Shown here: positions 60,640 to 64,000 of the stretch, one piece after another
Position numbering within the stretch: the first letter of the stretch is position 1
Layout: the number at the start of each line of letters is the position of its first letter
Position numbers and translations under genes: made by a program
Origin: Azolla caroliniana
Taxonomy: Eukaryota; Plantae; Polypodiophyta
Direction of reading: 5' to 3'
Length of the DNA: 64,000 nucleotides
Assembly: GCA_043228905.1 (NCBI GenBank)
Contig: JBHGNT010000001.1
Location: 13,578,001-13,642,000, forward strand
The notes under the pieces: model-generated
What the model was told of the DNA's origin: nothing
Seen by the model: only the letters and a program-made list of their open reading frames with translations
Databases searched by the model: none

Positions 60640-61791
60640 CCCCTTTGAAATGGTTGTGATACTGTCCTCATCGAGCTTATAGAATCCCTTGCCTTCCTTC
60701 CACTTGTTTTCCTAGTTTGCTCGCAAAATATGAAGTTTTGCTGCTTGTGTTGACCAGGCCTCACATCCTTGTTCCACCTTGTCGGATATGATCTTTAGGG
60801 CCGACTCCTTTCGGTGTGAGAGCAATATCTCGGTCCTCTTTGTGCTCATTTTTGTTTTGGCCCGCATCTCTTATATGGTGTCTTCAAGTTGCTTAATTTT
60901 GCTAGCAGTGCGCTCGAACTGCACGGTGTTGCGGTCTTCAATTAACTCCATATTTGTTTGCACGTTCTTCAGTTCTTTGTCGTGCAACTCTTCCATACGT
61001 GCCATTTCCTTTTGCACGTGGACTTGTACTTGCTTTGCCAATTGCCATTTGCCGCCAATTGCTCCTCGTACCATGCCTTTTGCTTTTTTTCAGTCTCTTG
61101 TTGTTCGTGAATCGTTCGTGGGATTTCTCGGTAGGCGAGAACCCCACTTTCTTGTACCGGGGAACCTTGGCCCTATTGTAGCTTCCCGGTGAGTGTCGTC
61201 TTAGCTTCCGCGTCGGTTAGATGACATCCATCCCTTGCTGTTCTCTGTGTCTTCACAGATTGACCAGGCGTGCCAAAAGTGTTACTGGCTCAAGGTAACA
61301 CGGTGCCGGATACTCGTTCCTACGTTATTTGGCTCAAGTTCTTGTGGTCAAGAGATGGTGGTATAGGTGAGCTCCCTATCTTAGCGCAAATAGGTGTAAT
61401 TACCTGTGGGCTATGAATCAAACTATTGTGACTGTGGAGACTAAAACTCAAGACGTCTACAACGAACTAGTTACGTGCACGATACACATGGCACTGAAAA
61501 GACGCTCAACACTGATGGAACCGTTGACGCAGAGACAAAGATAGAATATAAGCAAATTAAATTTCTATTAATAGACACAACCTAGTACACTGTGATATTC
61601 AATTACCCTTTACATTATCCCCATGCCCCTTTTTATAGGGATCATGGGCGGTTACATTTAGAACGTGAACCATTACTACTAATAATCTTTTGTGACGTTT
61701 AGTTACTCTTCGTCCGCCCCCACCCGTCTTCCATTCGGGCCGTAATCGTCCTTTAGCTTTTTCACACTTGGGTCCTCCAGACCGGCCGACA
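60640..61791 (-). mobile_element. Fragment of a related LTR element: LTR 61280-61791, PBS-like TGGCACGCC, coiled-coil pseudo-ORF
   Basis: TGTTACT..GCCGACA ends resemble 53822/55255. TGGCACGCC follows the LTR on the minus strand. The protein aligns with 53009-53419. Confidence 0.65.
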
Positions 61792-61905
61792 GTTATATTT
61801 AGATATATTATTCTCTATTATGCATGTGTATGTGTAAGAGTTTTGCTTATAATTTTACTGATATATAACTTTATCTATAGATGACCCCTTGTAAATTTAT
61901 ATATG

Positions 61906-63876
61906 TGTTGAGTGGGCAAGCTCAACTGGATCCAGATTGGCTAAATAAGCTAGAGTTGGATCGGTCTCCGGAATGGATAAGTACCCGGATTGGTGTCCGG
62001 ATATATCGGTTTTCGGAATCTAGAACCGGGTCATACTCTAGAATAGTGAGAACCGGTAGGCTGTTGGTGCCTACGATCCGAGCCTAGCACATAGGCATAT
62101 TCCTTGGAGTTAGTGTTAGTTGCTCATATGAGCATTGAATGGAGGTATTCTGCACGGCATACGCCAATAGTTGACCGATGCTAAATCTGGATGAGACGAT
62201 TGGTCAAGTCCTCATTGACGACATTCGGTGAAAATCGATCGGACTTGTCATTAATGAATCGGTAGAAGCCCATCACTCGACCGACAGAGTCGAATGATAG
62301 AGCAAGCCGACAGAACCAGTTGGAATACTAATAGATAAAAAACGAGGGGAGATCGACAACGGTCAAAGTCGAGAAGGGGCCGATCAGGCGAATTATGCAC
62401 ACATTGCAGAAAAGCTGTCCACAATGTTTTTGACTACAAGTCAATCAAGAAAAATGAGAGTGGTCGGTGATTCGAGCGGAATCGAGGAAGACCCGACTCG
62501 AACCACTCTCCTACAGGCAACCAAATCAATGTTGCCGACACTCGATAAGGAGAAATTCTCTCCTTAGAGGATTCAGTGATCGGAGAAGTTCTCTATAGTG
62601 CACAAGATGCACACACGTGGTTACTGGACTCCGGTGCCATGTTTTATGTGTCCTCCAACATTGAATGGTTCTCGAATTATTCAGCCGAAGTCAGCGGCAT
62701 AGTCTGACTAGGCAATGGGGAGGAATGCAAAATCGAAGGGACCGGAGAGGTTCCCATCATATTGACAAATGGCAACATGATCATCTTGCATCGAGTGCGG
62801 CATGTACCTTATCCAAAAAGGAGTTTGCTCTCCATCAGCATGTTAGCCGAAGATAGGTACAAAACGAAGTGAGTCGGTATGGATGACCAACCTAGGAAAC
62901 CTGAAGATAGGAGGCGGGCACAAGTACAATAACTTGTACCCATTAATGGTGATCAATCCAAAGGGGGCCGTGAATGCCTCAAGCCGGACTCGATCGATTG
63001 GGCCATATGTCTCAAGTCGAACTTGATCGGTTGATGGCGATCGACGACATCCCTAAACTTTGAGCAAAGACGCATTTCAATGAGCATTGTCGATACGGGA
63101 AACATACCCGAAGTTCGCATGCTCTCCACTACGAGACAATACGACAACCCTTAGGGCTCATGCACACACATATATGGGTCCATGCTAGAGCGATCATTAG
63201 GAGGCTACTGATACTTCATCACCTTTGTAGATGACTGTACACGGAAGGTTTGTGCCTACTCCATCAGGTCCAAAGACGAAGTGCTCGAGGTGTTCACTCG
63301 ATGGACAATTGAAGTGGAGAACCGGTCGGGATACAGAGTGAAGACACTCACATCCGACAACGGAGGAGAATACACCTCTGGAGCCATCAAACAAGACCTG
63401 TTTGACAAAGGGATCCGGCACCAAAAGACTGTTCCTTACGCACCCATGCAAAATAGAGTGGTAGAAAGGATCAATCGAACAATCCAGGGGAGGGTGACGA
63501 CAATGGTTCAACAAGTTGGACTAAAGCTGGAGTTCTGGGCCGAAGCGTTGCGGACGGTAGTATGCCTAGTAAATCTTTCGTTGTCGAAAGCAATCAAGGT
63601 CAAAGTGCCATAGGCACTATGGTCAGGTAAACAACCAACCTATGATAGGTTCCGTGTATTTGGATGCAAAGCCTATGCGGTCATCCCCAGGGAGAAAAGC
63701 ATCAAGTTGGCACCCCATGCAACAAAATGCATATTTCTCGGTTATGGAACTGATGGGGACTTCGATTATCACCTATGGGATCCAAAGAACCTTAAGGACT
63801 TGTATAAAAAGTGTTGTGTAGGACATTTGTAGGTACACAAAGAGTGTTATTTTCTGAATTGAGTTTATGTTGCTCT

Positions 63877-63919
<43 letters not shown>

Positions 63920-64000
63920 CTCTCCCGTGTATTTATGCTTTTCATTAAACATCTATTCTGTGTTCAAACTAAGCCCTCACTATTTGGACGTGTTGAAACT
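61906..64000 (+). mobile_element. LTR (11393/44225-like) interrupted by a family C copia fragment (gag end, protease, integrase; ~62150-63790)
   Basis: TGTTGAGTGGGCAAGCTCAAC start; WLLDSGA and SDNGGEY..RHQKTVPY motifs. LTR-like sequence resumes at about 63795 and resembles 44445-44515. Confidence 0.7.

Overview
Repeat-dense eukaryotic window, most likely from a non-seed land plant (fern/lycophyte-like; this is inferred from a Tcn1-type chromovirus, spliced plant genes and GA/CA microsatellites). About three quarters is nested retroelements. These include several decayed Ty1/copia elements and solo LTRs (many with readable 5-bp TSDs), one near-intact Ty3/gypsy chromovirus (16577-22342), two head-to-tail LINEs with (GA)n ends, and two LTR elements carrying only a coiled-coil ORF. 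Two host genes are recognisable: a 2-exon UDP-glycosyltransferase (minus strand) and a THA8-like short PPR gene (plus strand). The most unusual locus is 44820-50443. It holds an intron-containing pseudogene for a ParB/Srx-like domain fused to a prokaryote-type beta-class N4C/N6A DNA amino-methyltransferase, paired head-to-head about 200 bp from a decayed transposase-like gene. This suggests a plant DNA transposon that carries its own DNA methyltransferase. All family assignments are by motif recognition only; no searches were run.
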